64,000 nucleotides of DNA. Origin: Octopus sinensis (lineage: Eukaryota). Below the pieces are notes generated by a model. That model did not search any database, was not told the DNA's origin, and was given only the letters and a program-made list of their open reading frames with translations. A program made the position numbers and the translations under genes. Below are positions 15,130 through 26,541 of the stretch, piece by piece. Location: positions 1-64,000 of the forward strand of contig NW_021832536.1 of the NCBI RefSeq assembly GCF_006345805.1. The letters are read 5' to 3'. The number at the start of each line of letters is the position of its first letter. The stretch's first letter is position 1.

Positions 15130-16800
15130 TCTCTTGCCCTTCTTCCTCCTCCTCTCTCTCTGTAACTCTCTTTACCTTTTTTCCTTCTCTTCATTTCCCC
15201 TCTGCCTTTACTTTTTCCTCTCGTTCACTCCACCTCTCTCTATACTTTCCCCCTCTCTTTTCTTCTCGTTTTCCACCTCTCTCTATACTTTCCTTCTCTC
15301 TTTCTTTCCCACTTTTATTTTATTCTACTTCTATTCACTTTACTCTTTTAACTTCTCTCTCTCTCTCTTCCTCCTATATTAACACTCACTTTCCCTCCCT
15401 CTATACTTTCTGCCTCTCTTCTTCTATTTTTTCTACTTTACTGTTTTAATTTCTCTCTCTCTCTCTCCCTCCTACATTAACACTCACTTTCCCTCCCTCT
15501 ATACTTTCTGCCTCTCTTCCTCTATTTTTTTCTACTTTACTCTTTTAACTTCTCTCTCTCTCCCTCTCCCTCCTACATTAACACTCACTTTCCCTCCCTC
15601 TATAATTTCTGCCTCTCTTCTCCTTTTTCTACTTTACTCTTTTAACTTCTCTCTCTCCCTCCCTCTTACATTAACATTCACTTTCCCTCCATCTACACCT
15701 TCTGCCTCTCTTTCTCTCTACTTTAAGACTTACTCCCTCCTTTCTCTCTACTTTAAGACTTACTCCCTCTCTTTCTATCTCTCTCCTTTTCTTTTCGTCT
15801 TTCTTTCTCAGTCTCCCCATATCTCTCTTTAATTCTTTCTCTCTCTCTCTCTCTCTCTCTCTTACTCTTTCCATCTATCTGCTAATCTAATTCTTCACAA
15901 CCCACCCTTTAATTTAAAAATTCTATTTTCTCTTTCTTTATCACCTTACCCCTCCACCTCTGCCTCTATCTATCCATCTTTATTTTCCCTCCTTCTCTCT
16001 CTGTCCTTTTATCCTCTCTCTCTCTCTCTCTCCCCCTTCTTTATCTTCCCCTCTTTCCGTATCTCTCTGTACGTGTCTTCCCTTTATCTTTCACTTCTTT
16101 AAGTACATTCCCTTTCGTCTATTCCACTATCTTATCTATCATTTCTCTCTCTCTATCATTACCTCCGCTCTATCATTACCTCCGCTCTATCATTACCTCC
16201 GCTCTATCATTACCTCCGCTCTATCATTACCTCCACTCTATCATTACCTTTCCTTACCCTCTGCTTTTGTATCTATCTCTATATCTTTCCCCTCTGTTTC
16301 TGCGCTTGAAATGGAATAGATCCCTTTCTCTCTTTGTCTTTCTGTATTCCCCCTCTGTTTCGGTTATGTATCTTTCTCTATCTTCTCTCTTCTCTCCATA
16401 TCTCTATATTTCCCTCTCTCTGTTTCAGTATCGTATCTCTCTCCTCCCACCATACCCTCTCCTCTCTCTTTTTGTATAATATCTCTATTTCCCCCTCTGT
16501 TTCGGTTATGTATCTTTCTTCTCTCTTCTCTCTATATCTTTCTATCTTTCTCTATATTTCCCTCTCTCCGTTTCACTATCGTATCTCTCTCCTCCCACCA
16601 TACCCTCTTCTCTCTGTTTTTGTATAATATCTCTATTTCCCCCTCTGTTTCGGTTATGTATCTTTCTTCTCTCTTCTCTCTATATCTTTCACTCTTTCTC
16701 TATATTTCCCTCTCTCTGTTTCGTCTCAGTATCGTATCTCTCTCCTCCCACCGTGTCCTCTCCTCTCTGGTTTTGTATTGTATCTTTCTCTCCCATTATA
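15130..16800. repeat. Pyrimidine-rich minisatellites (about 95-bp, 17-bp and about 135-bp units) and (CT)n
   Basis: Repeated ATTAACACTCACTTTCCCTCC units, CTCTATCATTACCTCCG x5, CCCCTCTGTTTCGGTTATGTATC units. Confidence 0.85.
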
Positions 16801-17095
16801 GAAGCAGTCAAGGGCAGATAACCCTTAGACAAGTTAAAATAACGAATTCTCCAGAACTCTCTACAAAAAGCTCCCCCGCCTTCGTGACATCGTTGTTTAT
16901 CTGCGCACGTGCGAGTACCTGTTGTTGTTCTTGTTATTTACACCAATTCAGACCAGAATCAAGACACTCCAGCCATGACCATCTATATCGACCATTACAT
17001 TATTCAATATCATTTCCTTTTCTTTTTTAAAAAAAAGACGGTGTAGTCGAGGGAGATCTAGCTGTTTATTTCTCGCAATTTGAGCTACCGTGTAA

Positions 17096-17771
17096 GGTAC
17101 CACTAGCGAACAGTGGTCCCGGTGCGCGCACTCGCGTAGTCGCGCTAGCTAGTCGTGACTAGTCGATCTTACAACGACTACCTAGCAAAGTAAATAAAAC
17201 ACAAAATAAATAATTTTTTTTACACAAAGTAAATAATTTTTGTTAAACAAAGGCGCAGGAGTGGCATTGTGGTAAGTAGCTTGCTAACCAACCACATGGT
17301 TCCGGGTTCAGTCCCACTGCGTGGCATCTTGGGCAAGTGTCTTCTGCTATAGCCCCGGGCCGACCAATGCCTTGTGAGTGGATTTGGTAGGCGGAAACTG
17401 AAAGAAGCCTGTTGTATATATGTATATATATATATGTATGTTTGTGTGTCTGTGTTTGTCCCCCTAGCATTGCTTGACAACCGATGCTGGTGTGTTTACG
17501 TCCCCGTCACATTAGCGGTTCGGCAAAAGTGACCGATAGAATAAGTACTGGGCTTACAAAGAATAAGTCCCGAGGTCGAGTTGCTCGATTAAAGGCGGTG
17601 CTCCAGCATGGCCGCAGTCAAATAACTGAACCAAGTAAATGAGTAAAAGTAAATAGAACAAAGTAATTAATTTTTTATACAAAGTAAATAACACAAAAAT
17701 ACGAAGGATCGACTAGTCATGACTAGCTTGCGCGAGTACGCGCACCGGGACCAGTGTTCGCTAGTAGTACC
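17096..17771. mobile_element. MITE with about 65-bp CpG-rich TIRs, interrupted by a family A SINE (17252-17650)
   Basis: Left CTAGCGAACAGTGGTCCCGGTGCGCG matches the reverse complement of right CGCGCACCGGGACCAGTGTTCGCTAG; second copy at 45103-45536. Confidence 0.85.
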
Positions 17772-17925
17772 CCGAGTAAATACTAGCGTTTCTCATTGGG
17801 AAGGCAACTATCGGCGGAATTCTGGTTTAAGCGCTCCATACAACCCCTCAAAACCTTTTTAAAAATTGGTGTTGGGGAGGGAAAGAATTTTCAGAAAAGT
17901 TTTATGAATTTGTGTTCTACACATA

Positions 17926-18332
17926 GGCGCAGGAGTGACTGTGTGGTAAGTAGCTTGCTAACCAACCACATGGTTCCGGGTTCAGTCCCACTGCGTGGCA
18001 TCTTGGGCAAGTGTCTTCTGCTAGAGCCCCGGGCCGACCAATGCCTTGTGAGTGGATTTGGTAGACGGAAACTGAAAGAAGCCTGTCGTATATAAGTGTA
18101 TATATATATATATATATATGTGTGCTTCTGTGTCTGTGTTTGTCCCCCTAGCATTGCTTGACAACCGATGCTGGTGTGTTTACGTTGCCGTCACTTAGCG
18201 GTTCGGCAAAAGAGACCGATAGAATAAGTACTGGGCTTACAAAGAATAAGTCCTGGGGTCGATTTGCTCGACTAAAGGCGGTGCTCCAGCATGGCTGCAG
18301 TCAAATGACTGAAACAAGTAAAAGAGAGAGTA
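17926..18332 (+). mobile_element. SINE family A, full length
   Basis: Identity to other copies. Confidence 0.9.
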
Positions 18333-18477
18333 TAGTAATTGATACAATTATGCAAAAAACAAAAAGTGAGTGATTTAAGGTCGATTTAGCTGTGATTCGT
18401 AGCACATCCCACGACCACCAAATACCTTCCTCGTTTCTTTGTCACTCTGACATGTATTGATGTTACAGTTCCATATT

Positions 18478-18724
18478 TCAGAGATGAGGAATTATTTACA
18501 TTCGATGGATATTTGTCCTCATCTTGTTTGTTGTTAACACAACGTTTCGGCTGAAATACCCTCCAGCCTTCATCAGGTGTCTTGGGGAAATTTTGAACCT
18601 GGGCTCTCATTCCTAAGGTATTTTTCGATGTTATTATTATTGTTGTTATTCAAGTCACTGCCTGGAATCGAACTTGGAATCTTGAGGTTAGTAGCCCGTG
18701 TTCTTAATGACCACGGGCATAGCC
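18478..18724 (-). mobile_element. tRNA-headed SINE carrying a hammerhead ribozyme motif
   Basis: A-box-like TGGTCATTAAG, B box GTTCGATTCC, (AAT)n linker, then the hammerhead core. Confidence 0.7.
18536..18581 (-). ncRNA. Minimal type I hammerhead ribozyme motif
   Basis: GACAC CTGATGA A GGCTG-loop-CAGCC GAA ACGT T GTGTT: stems I and II pair, palindromic stem III. Confidence 0.65.
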
Positions 18725-18743
18725 GTTACGTTCTGAGTTCAAA

Positions 18744-19380
18744 GTACTTTTTCTATCGGTCTTTTTTGCTGAACCGCTAAGTTACAGGGACGTAAACTCA
18801 CCAGCATTGGTTGTCAAGCAATGTTGAGGGTACAAACACAGACACAAACACACATATATACACATATATACGACGGGCTTCTTTCAGTTTCTGTCTACCA
18901 AATCCACTCCCAAGGCTTTGGTCGGCCCGAGGCTATAGTAGAAGACACTTGCCCAAGGTGCCACGCGGTGGGACTGAACCCGGCACCATGTGGTTGGTAA
19001 GCAAGCTACTTACCACACAGTCACTTCTGCGCCTACATATATATGATGGTCTTCTTTCAGTTTCCGTCTACCGAATCCACTCACAAGGCGTTGGTTGGCC
19101 CGAGGCTATAGTAGAAGACACTTGCCCAAGGTGCCACATGGTGGGACTGAACCCGGCACCATGTGGTTGGTAAGCAAGCTACTTACCACACAGTCACTTT
19201 TACGCCTACATATATACGATGGGCTTCTTTCAGTTTCTGTCTACCAAATCCATTTACAAGGCTTTGGTCGGCCCGAGGCTATAGCAGAAGACACTTGCCC
19301 AAGGTGTCACGCAGTGGGACTGTACCCGGAACCATGTGGTTGGTAAGCAAGCTACTGACCACACAGCCACTGCTACGCCT
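18744..19380 (-). mobile_element. SINE family A with three tandem 5' head modules
   Basis: About 175-bp head repeated three times, then the microsatellite and a partial 3' body. Confidence 0.85.
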
Positions 19381-19713
19381 ATTCAACAAAATCAAGATGG
19401 ATTTTTAAACTTTTTAAATTTACTCAACACAATAGCGAAGAAAGGATAATATGGATGTAATTTTTTTTCGCTTTCTTATTTCACGGAGTGGTTGGCGTTA
19501 GGAAGGGCATCCAGCCGTAGAAACATTGCCAGATCAGACTGGGCCTGGTGCAGCCTTCTTGCTTCCCAGACCCCAGTTGAACCGTCCAACCCATGCTAGC
19601 ATGGAAAGCGGATGCTATACGATGATGATGATGATGATGATGATGGATGTGAAGGTAGGGCAAAATAAAAAAACATCACTGGCATTATGTGAGGGTATTT
19701 GTCAGTCTAAATA

Positions 19714-19918
19714 AGTTGTTCTCAACCTTTTAAATAGCTGAACCAGGTCCAAAACCAGGATTGTTTTTAGGGAACTGCAGCAATACAGTTAAAACATAAG
19801 ATAATCGAAGAAAAATTCATTATATTTATTTATGGAGGGAAACTGTCGTGGGGAGGAGGGCACTGGAAAGACACCAGAGGGCAGTATACGGCCTTGGGGC
19901 CATGGCTGAGAACCACTG
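19714..19918. mobile_element. Degenerate hAT-like MITE
   Basis: Ends resemble CAGTGGTTCTCAACC ... GGCTGAGAACCACTG. Confidence 0.45.
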
Positions 19919-20659
19919 GTCTAGATAATATGAAAGTAGAACTACAGTCTAGATTAGAAGAAAATTGGTTTCAAATTTTGGCACAAGGCCAGTAATTTGG
20001 GGGTAGGGAGTAAGTCAATTACACCGACCCCCCAAAGTTCAACTGGAATTTATTTTATTAATCCCTAAAGAATGAAAGACAAAGTTGACCCTGTAAAGTG
20101 GTTGGTGTTAGGAAGGGCATCCAGCCATGAAAACCATGCCTAAACAGAGAGCGGAGCTTGGTGCAACCCTCTGGCTCACTAGCTGCTATCAAACTGTTCA
20201 ACCCATGCCAGCATGGAAAACAGACAGTAAATGATGATGATGATTATGATGATGCACATACATACACACACACAACAGGTTTCTTTCAGTTTCTGTTGTA
20301 GTGAAAATAGTACTCCCATTCCCACTTGACAAAGTGGTATGACGCAGCCACTATAAATATTAGACAGTCAGTTGCTGTAGGAGATCAGTAGTAGGAGAGT
20401 TGTTCTCCGATGCAGTTGGAGTCAGTGTCAGTTACATGATATATATGAGTTCAAGTTATTGTTAAGGTAGACACTTCAAAGTCATTGTCTTGCGGAGCTA
20501 TCAGCAATAGGATGACAGACGAGTGAAAGATAAGATGCGGAACACCACCACAACATAATAGTGGCGACAAGAATATTACAGTGCCAAACAATAACATACA
20601 AGCGGATGAGGGTCTCACATAACTGTTTCCATCAACCAAATTCACTTACAAGGCTTTGA

Positions 20660-20978
20660 TCTCTCTGGCTTGATAGTTGCTCCTTCTTCTCGAGCCATGC
20701 CTGGCTCACAAGGGCCGGATTCCCGGTTTCCTTGGCGTATAGGTTCTCCACCTGGACGGGACGCTGGTCCGTCGCAGGTGAGCTGCAAGATGCAGGAGGA
20801 AAGAGTGAGAGAAAGTTGTGGTGAAAGAGTCAGCAGAAGTTCGCCATTACCCTCTGCCGGACCCGCGTGGAGCTTAAGTGTTTTGCTCATAAACACACAC
20901 ATCGCCCGGTCTGAGATTCGAACCCGCGATTCATCAACTGCGAGTCCGCTGCTCTAACCACTAGGCCATGTGCCTCCA
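20660..20978 (-). mobile_element. SINE family B, tRNA-derived (other copies 23470-23773 -, 27445-27745 +, 46815-47162 -, 54870-55199 -, 55523-55830 +)
   Basis: A box TGGCCTAGTGG and B box GGTTCGAATC followed by a shared non-tRNA body. Confidence 0.85.
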
Positions 20979-21094
20979 CCTGGTTCGATAGTAGCGGACA
21001 CTTGCCCAATGTACCATGCAGTGGGACTTAATTCAAAACCATGTGGCTGGAAAGCAACCTTCTTAGCCGTATGGCCACATGTACACAAAGGTAG

Positions 21095-21504
21095 GATCTT
21101 TTCCGTTTGAACGGCAGTTTTTAACATAATTTCTAGATAACTAAAAAATTTTAAACTTCGTATACTGGTAGAATGTGTTTATAAAACATGTTTTTCTCTT
21201 GGCTTTATTGAGAAAATTCTATAGCTTGTAAGATATTTGTTGTTTTTTTTTCTTCAATTTCTGCAATTTCAACCAATCAATGACGTCCATTGAGGTAAAC
21301 AGCATTCTGTGCCGTATGAATATGTCCCTCATTTAAGAAACAGATTGGGTTTATTTACATTTATGAAGAAAAAAAGATACCCTTCTCTCACCCCTAACCC
21401 TAAAACAGATTGAAATGCAATAGATTGATACTAGGGTTATAATTATGGGTGACAATTTCATATGACACCGCTAGAAAAAACTGCCGTTCAAACCGAAAAG
21501 ATCT
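21095..21504. mobile_element. MITE with TIR AGATCTTTTCGGTTTGAACGGCAG
   Basis: Terminal inverted repeats; second copy at 46019-46448. Confidence 0.85.
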
Positions 21505-21559
21505 CAAAGAAGTGAATAAATAACTTAACAATAAAGACTACTGAAAAATTAATAAAGCT

Positions 21560-21565
21560 TTTATT
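21560..21565 (-). terminator. Candidate polyadenylation signal AATAAA of TSEN2
   Basis: About 23 nt after the TGA, followed by T-rich sequence. Confidence 0.55.
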
Positions 21566-21587
21566 TGTCTTTAAGATTAAAGCTGGG

Positions 21588-21665
21588 TCAAGGAAATTCT
21601 TCGGGCAATTTTTCGTTCTTCTTCTCTCTGTCTTGACTTGATATCCACCGAGACATTAAGATTTC
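21588..21665 (-). CDS. TSEN2: TSEN2 coding exon 9 (last): EILMSRWISSQDREKKNEKLPEEFP*
   Basis: Pyrimidine tract plus CAAG acceptor, phase 0; matches the TSEN2 C-terminus (E-x-x-x-S-R-W-x-S-S). Confidence 0.9.
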   Translation of the reverse strand, partial: EILMSRWISSQDREKKNEKLPEEFP

Positions 21666-21706
21666 CTTGAAAAAGAGAAACAGAGAAATAATTATTATAG
21701 TAATGA

Positions 21707-22120
21707 CAGGGGTGGCTGTGTGGTAAGTAGCTTGTTTACCAACCACATGGTTCCGGGTTTAGTCCCACTGCGTGGCACCTTGGGCAAGTGTCTTCTACTC
21801 TAGCCTCGGGCCGACCAAAGCCTTCTGAGTGGATTTGGTAAATGGAAACTGAAAGAAGCCCGTCGTATGTATGTATATATATATATGTATGTGTGTGTGT
21901 GTTTGTGTGTCTGTGTTTGTACCCCTAGCATTGCTTGACAACCGATGCTGGTGTGTTTATGTCCCCGTTACTTAGCGGTTCGGCAAAAAGAGACCGATAG
22001 AATAAGTACTGGGCTTACAAAAAGAATAAGTCCCGGGGTTCGAGTTGCTCGATTAAAGGCGGTGCTCCAGCATGGCCGCAGTCAAATGACTGAAACAAGT
22101 AAAAGAGTAAAAGAGTAAGA
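21707..22120 (+). mobile_element. SINE family A, full length
   Basis: Identity to other copies. Confidence 0.9.
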
Positions 22121-22164
22121 GGTGAAAGTAAAAATGAAAACAGAGCTGGACAGATTGTCCTCTC

Positions 22165-22740
22165 TTTACTCATTTTACTTGTTTCAGTCATTTTGACTGT
22201 GGCCATGCTGGAGCACCGGCTTTTTTGTCGAGCAAATCGACCCCAGGACTTATTCTTTGTAAGCCTAGTACTTATTCTATCGGTCTTTTTTGCCAAACCG
22301 CTAAGTTTACGGGGACGTAAACACACCAGCATTGGTTGTCAAGCGATGTTGGGGGTACAAACACAGACATACAAACACACACACATATATATATACATAT
22401 ATACGATGGGCTTCTTTCAGTTTCTGTCTACCAAATCCATTCACAAGGCTTTAGTCGGCCCGAGGCTATAGTAGAAGACACTTGCCCAAGGTGCCACGCA
22501 GTGGGACTGAACCTGGCACCATGTGGTTGGTAAGCAAGCTACTTACCACACAGTCACTTCTGCGCCTACATATATACGATGGGATTCTTTCAGTTTCCGT
22601 CTACCAAATCCACTCGCAAGGCTTTGGTCGGCCCGAGGTTAGAGTAGAAGACTCTTGCCCAAGGTGCCATGCAGTGGGACTGAACCCGGAACCATGTGGT
22701 TCGTAAGCAAGCTACTTACCACACAGCCACTCCTATGCCT
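22165..22740 (-). mobile_element. SINE family A with two tandem heads
   Basis: Duplicated head; tail-to-tail with the copy at 21707. Confidence 0.85.
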
Positions 22741-22949
22741 ATTCAACAAAATCAAAGTAAAATGATATGGAATTACCTTATAACTGTTCTGGGAGAAAAC
22801 CAGCATACATCACAACCATTATGAACATTTCCTCAACTGATCTTTTATTGATTGCTGGTGATTTAACCATTTAGCATTCAGATTTCACTCGGAAATGTCC
22901 TAATTATTTATTCATTATCTCACAGCTTTGAGATTTCAATGAAGTGATT

Positions 22950-22952
22950 GTT

Positions 22953-22988
<36 letters not shown>

Positions 22989-23273
22989 TGTGTACAGTGC
23001 TCAGGTGCACTACAACTCATCTAAAGTGTATATATAATCAGGTGTAGTTTCGGCGGATTTCGGAAAGCATGAGGGCCTTAAAGGATGCAGTGTCATGGCA
23101 GTCAACAACTGACGCAGGCAGTTTATTCCATGCTTCAGCAACTCTGAGCGTGAAAAAATGTTTCCGAAAGTCATGGGAGCTGTGTGATCTGAATAACATT
23201 GTTGGGTAGCTGTGAGAAGCCTGATCTGGTCAGTTTTAACATAAAACAGGTAGAACATTTTAGGCCAGATATT
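22950..23273 (-). mobile_element. CR1-clade LINE 3' end with (ATT)n tail
   Basis: Homologous to 60650-60960. Confidence 0.8.
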
Positions 23274-23959
23274 GTCATTGTCTTGCGGAGCTATCAGCAA
23301 TAGGATGACAGACGAGTGAAAGATAGGATGCGGAACACCACCACAACATAATAGTGGCAACAAGAATATTACAGTGCCAACCAATAACATACAAGTGGAT
23401 GAGGGTCTCACATAACTGTTTCCATCAACCAAATCCCCTTACAAGGCTTTGATCTGTCTGGCTCGATAGCTGTTCCTTCTTCTCGAGCCATGCCTGGCTC
23501 ATAAGGGCCAGTTTCCCTGGTTTCCTTGGTGTATAGGTTCCCCACCTGGACGGGATGACGGTCCGTTGCAGGTGAGCTGCAAGATGCAGGAGGAAAGAGT
23601 GAGAGAAAGTTGTGGCGAAAGAGTCAGCAGAAGATTCACCATTACCTTCTGCCGGAGCCGCGTGGAGCTTAGGTGTTTCGCTCATAAACACACACATCAC
23701 CCGGTCTGAGATTCGAACTCGTGATCCTTCGACTGCGAGTCCACTGCTCTAACTACTAGGCCATGTGCTTCCACCTGGCTTGATAGTAGCGGACACTTTC
23801 CCAATGTACCATGCAGTGGGACTTAATTCAAAACATAATATCAAGATAAATCTGGCTACTGCCTTGCTTGGGAAATGGAGAAGGTTGGCAGTGTCCCCGC
23901 TTGGTCACAGTCCAATGATGCCTGAAAGAATAAAACATAAGAAATGGAAAGTTACAAAC

Positions 23960-24049
23960 CTGAACTTTAAACCTGGAGATACAGTTTGGTGAGAGCAGTT
24001 CCTCTTCGGAAATGTCCTTGGGTTTTATCACATAACAAAACATCAGTTG
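23960..24049 (-). CDS. TSEN2: TSEN2 coding exon 8: QLMFCYVIKPKDISEEELLSPNCISRFKVQ
   Basis: TTCTAG acceptor, CAG|GTTTGT donor, 90 nt, phase 0-0. Confidence 0.92.
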
Positions 24050-24419
24050 CTAGAACAGAAAGTGAAAGTAAAACAAAAAAAACAACATACTTCGATGTCC
24101 AAATAACGGTTTCGGATTTTGCCACAAGGGCAACGATTTTAGGGGAGGGGATGAGTCGACCCCAGTGTTCAACTGGTACCTAATTATTGACCCCAAAAAT
24201 ATTGAAAGGCAAAGTCGACCTCGGTAGAATTTGAACCCGGAACATAAAGATGGATGAAATGCTGCTAAGCATTTGGCTTGGCATGCAAGTGATTCTGCCA
24301 GCCGGCCAGTTTCATCATCATCGAAGGGCATCCAGCTGTAGAAACTCTGCCAGATCAGATTGGAGCCTGGTACAGCCATCTGGTTCGCCAGTCCTCAGTC
24401 AAATCGTCCAACCCATGCT

Positions 24420-25395
24420 TTGAACTTTAGGTCTCACCAAGGAAATGACAAGTGACTGAGACCTTTGAAAATATGCTGAGAAGACCCGGCAAGCCAAGTG
24501 AGACCATAACCTCGTGGCCTATGCCAGGGGCATAACCAGCCCACTTGCGCATACATTTTCCTTCTTTGGACACTAAACTCTGCTTGCAAAGACCTGTTGA
24601 GGCAAGTGGAATCAAAATCAAAATCAAAGTGAAATTCGATGACGGGCACGAGCACCATACAAGCGTGATCGTTGACAGAGCAGCTAACTGGCTTCTGTGC
24701 CAGTGGCACATAAAAGGCACCGTTCGAGTGTGATCGTTACCAGCTTCACCTTACTGGCACTTGTGCCCCTTGCTTGTAGGGTGCTAAGAGCAGCATCCGA
24801 GCGTGATCGCTGCCAGAGTGGCTAACTGGCTTCCGTACCGGTGGCATGTAGGAGGCACCATTCGAGCAGGATCTTTACCAGCATCGCCTTACTGGCACCT
24901 GTGTTGTTGGCATGTGTAAAAAGATTTGAGCAAGGTCGTTGCCAGTACTGCCTGACTGGCCCCCGTGCCGGTGGCACGTAAAAGCACCCACTACACTCTC
25001 AGAGTGGTTGGCATTAGGAAGGGCATCCAGCTGTAGAAACTCTGCCAGCTCAAGACTGGAGCCTGGTGCAGCCATCTGGTTCGCCAGCCCTCAGTCAAAC
25101 CTATTTCTTTACTACCCACAAGGGGCTAAACACAGAGAGGATAAACAAGGACAGACAAACGGATTAAGTCGATTATATCGATCCCAGTGCATAACTGGTA
25201 CTTAATTTATCGACCCCGAAAGGATGAAAGGCAAAGTTGACCTTGGCGGAATTTGAACCCAGAACGTAATGGCAGACGAAATACCACTAAGCATTTTGCC
25301 CGGCATGCTAACGATTCTGCCAGCTTGCCCTCAGTCAAACCGTCCAACCCATGCTAGCATGGAAAGTGGACGTTAAACGATGATGATGATGATGA
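24420..25395 (+). mobile_element. RTE-clade LINE 3' end (ORF end, subrepeat-rich 3'UTR, (GAT)n tail), interrupted by a family D SINE at about 25100-25325
   Basis: Homologous to the RTE ORF end at 33630-33945; UTR shared with many truncated copies. Confidence 0.75.
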
Positions 25396-25904
25396 TGTGT
25401 GTATATAGATATGAGGAAATATACATCCTTTATTAGGATGAATAATAATATAATAGTGTGAGAAATGTTGATGGTGGGACTAGAACATTCAAAGTTTCTA
25501 ATTGCTGTTTAACCCTAGGTCAGCCCTGATTGAAAAGACCCATGATCAAAAGCATTCTGGTGGTGATCATCCCATCCTTTTAGGGGGCATTTAGGGTTTT
25601 ATCAGTTACTGTATCTGTCTAATGTTAAAAATACTAGGGTGTGATTTGAGGGAGATTTAGCTACTATTTCTAGGTCATGCACAGTCTCACTCCTGTTGTG
25701 TTTATAATTAACTTGGGCATCACCTTCCCTTTTGTATCCCTACAAGGAAAAGTGATGCTCAAGTTAGGTTATTAAAGGGCTTAAAAAAGGGGGCCAAGGA
25801 TGTGTGGCTAAGAAGTTTGCTTAGCAACCAAAAGGATTCAGGTTCAGTTTCTGTTTGTCCCTATGACCATTTGACAAATGGTGTTGTTTTGTGACCACTC
25901 TATG

Positions 25905-26363
25905 TCACGCTGGTGAGACCCATATTGGAGTACGGGATTCAAGCCTCTTCTCCTTATCTCCTCAAAGACATACAGCATCTCGAAAGAGTCCAGAAGCTGG
26001 CTACCCGCATGGTTCATGGTCTCAAAAATTTGTCTTATGAAGAAAGGCTGAAGACGCTCGACCTTTATTCTCTAGAAAAACGCCGCCGCCGTGGTGATCT
26101 CATTCTCACTCACAACATCATAAGCGGAAAGTGTAACCTCTCTCAATCGAAGGAGAGGAGCTTTCTCCGTCCGGGTTGCGGATCCGTGGAACAAGCTGCC
26201 GGATGAGATGGTGAAGATGCTGATGACCGCTCGGTTCAAAGTCTCCCTTGACCTCAAGTGGCCTGAACTCTTTACATGAACACCACCCTGTACATAACTC
26301 CATGTCCCCCTACATGGCCTTGCTATTTGCTTTTGAGCCAAAATTAACTAACTAACTAACTAA
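25905..26363 (+). mobile_element. CR1 LINE 3' fragment with (TAAC)n tail
   Basis: RPILEYGIQASSPYLLKDIQHLERVQKLATRMVHGLKNLSYEERLKTLDLYSLEKRRRRGDLI. Confidence 0.9.
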
Positions 26364-26541
26364 CATATCCCTGTAACTTAACAGCTTGGCAAAAGAGACT
26401 GACAGAATAAGTACCAGACTGTAAAGTACTGGGGGTCGATCTGTTCAGCCAAACCCTTCAAGGTGTTGCCCCAGCATAGCCACAATCCAATGACCGAAAC
26501 AAGTAAAAGAAAAAAAAAAGTAAATTAAGATAAACACTTAC

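Noticed and set aside
20451-23432. Duplicated ORF VDGNSYVRPSS...LLIAPQDND as a small gene family
   Set aside because: No recognisable protein; the start lies in SINE-derived sequence; explained by the local duplication
23860-23925. Alternative last TSEN2 exon after TTCTTTCAG
   Set aside because: The intron would be only about 35 nt and the peptide lacks homology; the true last exon is at 21665
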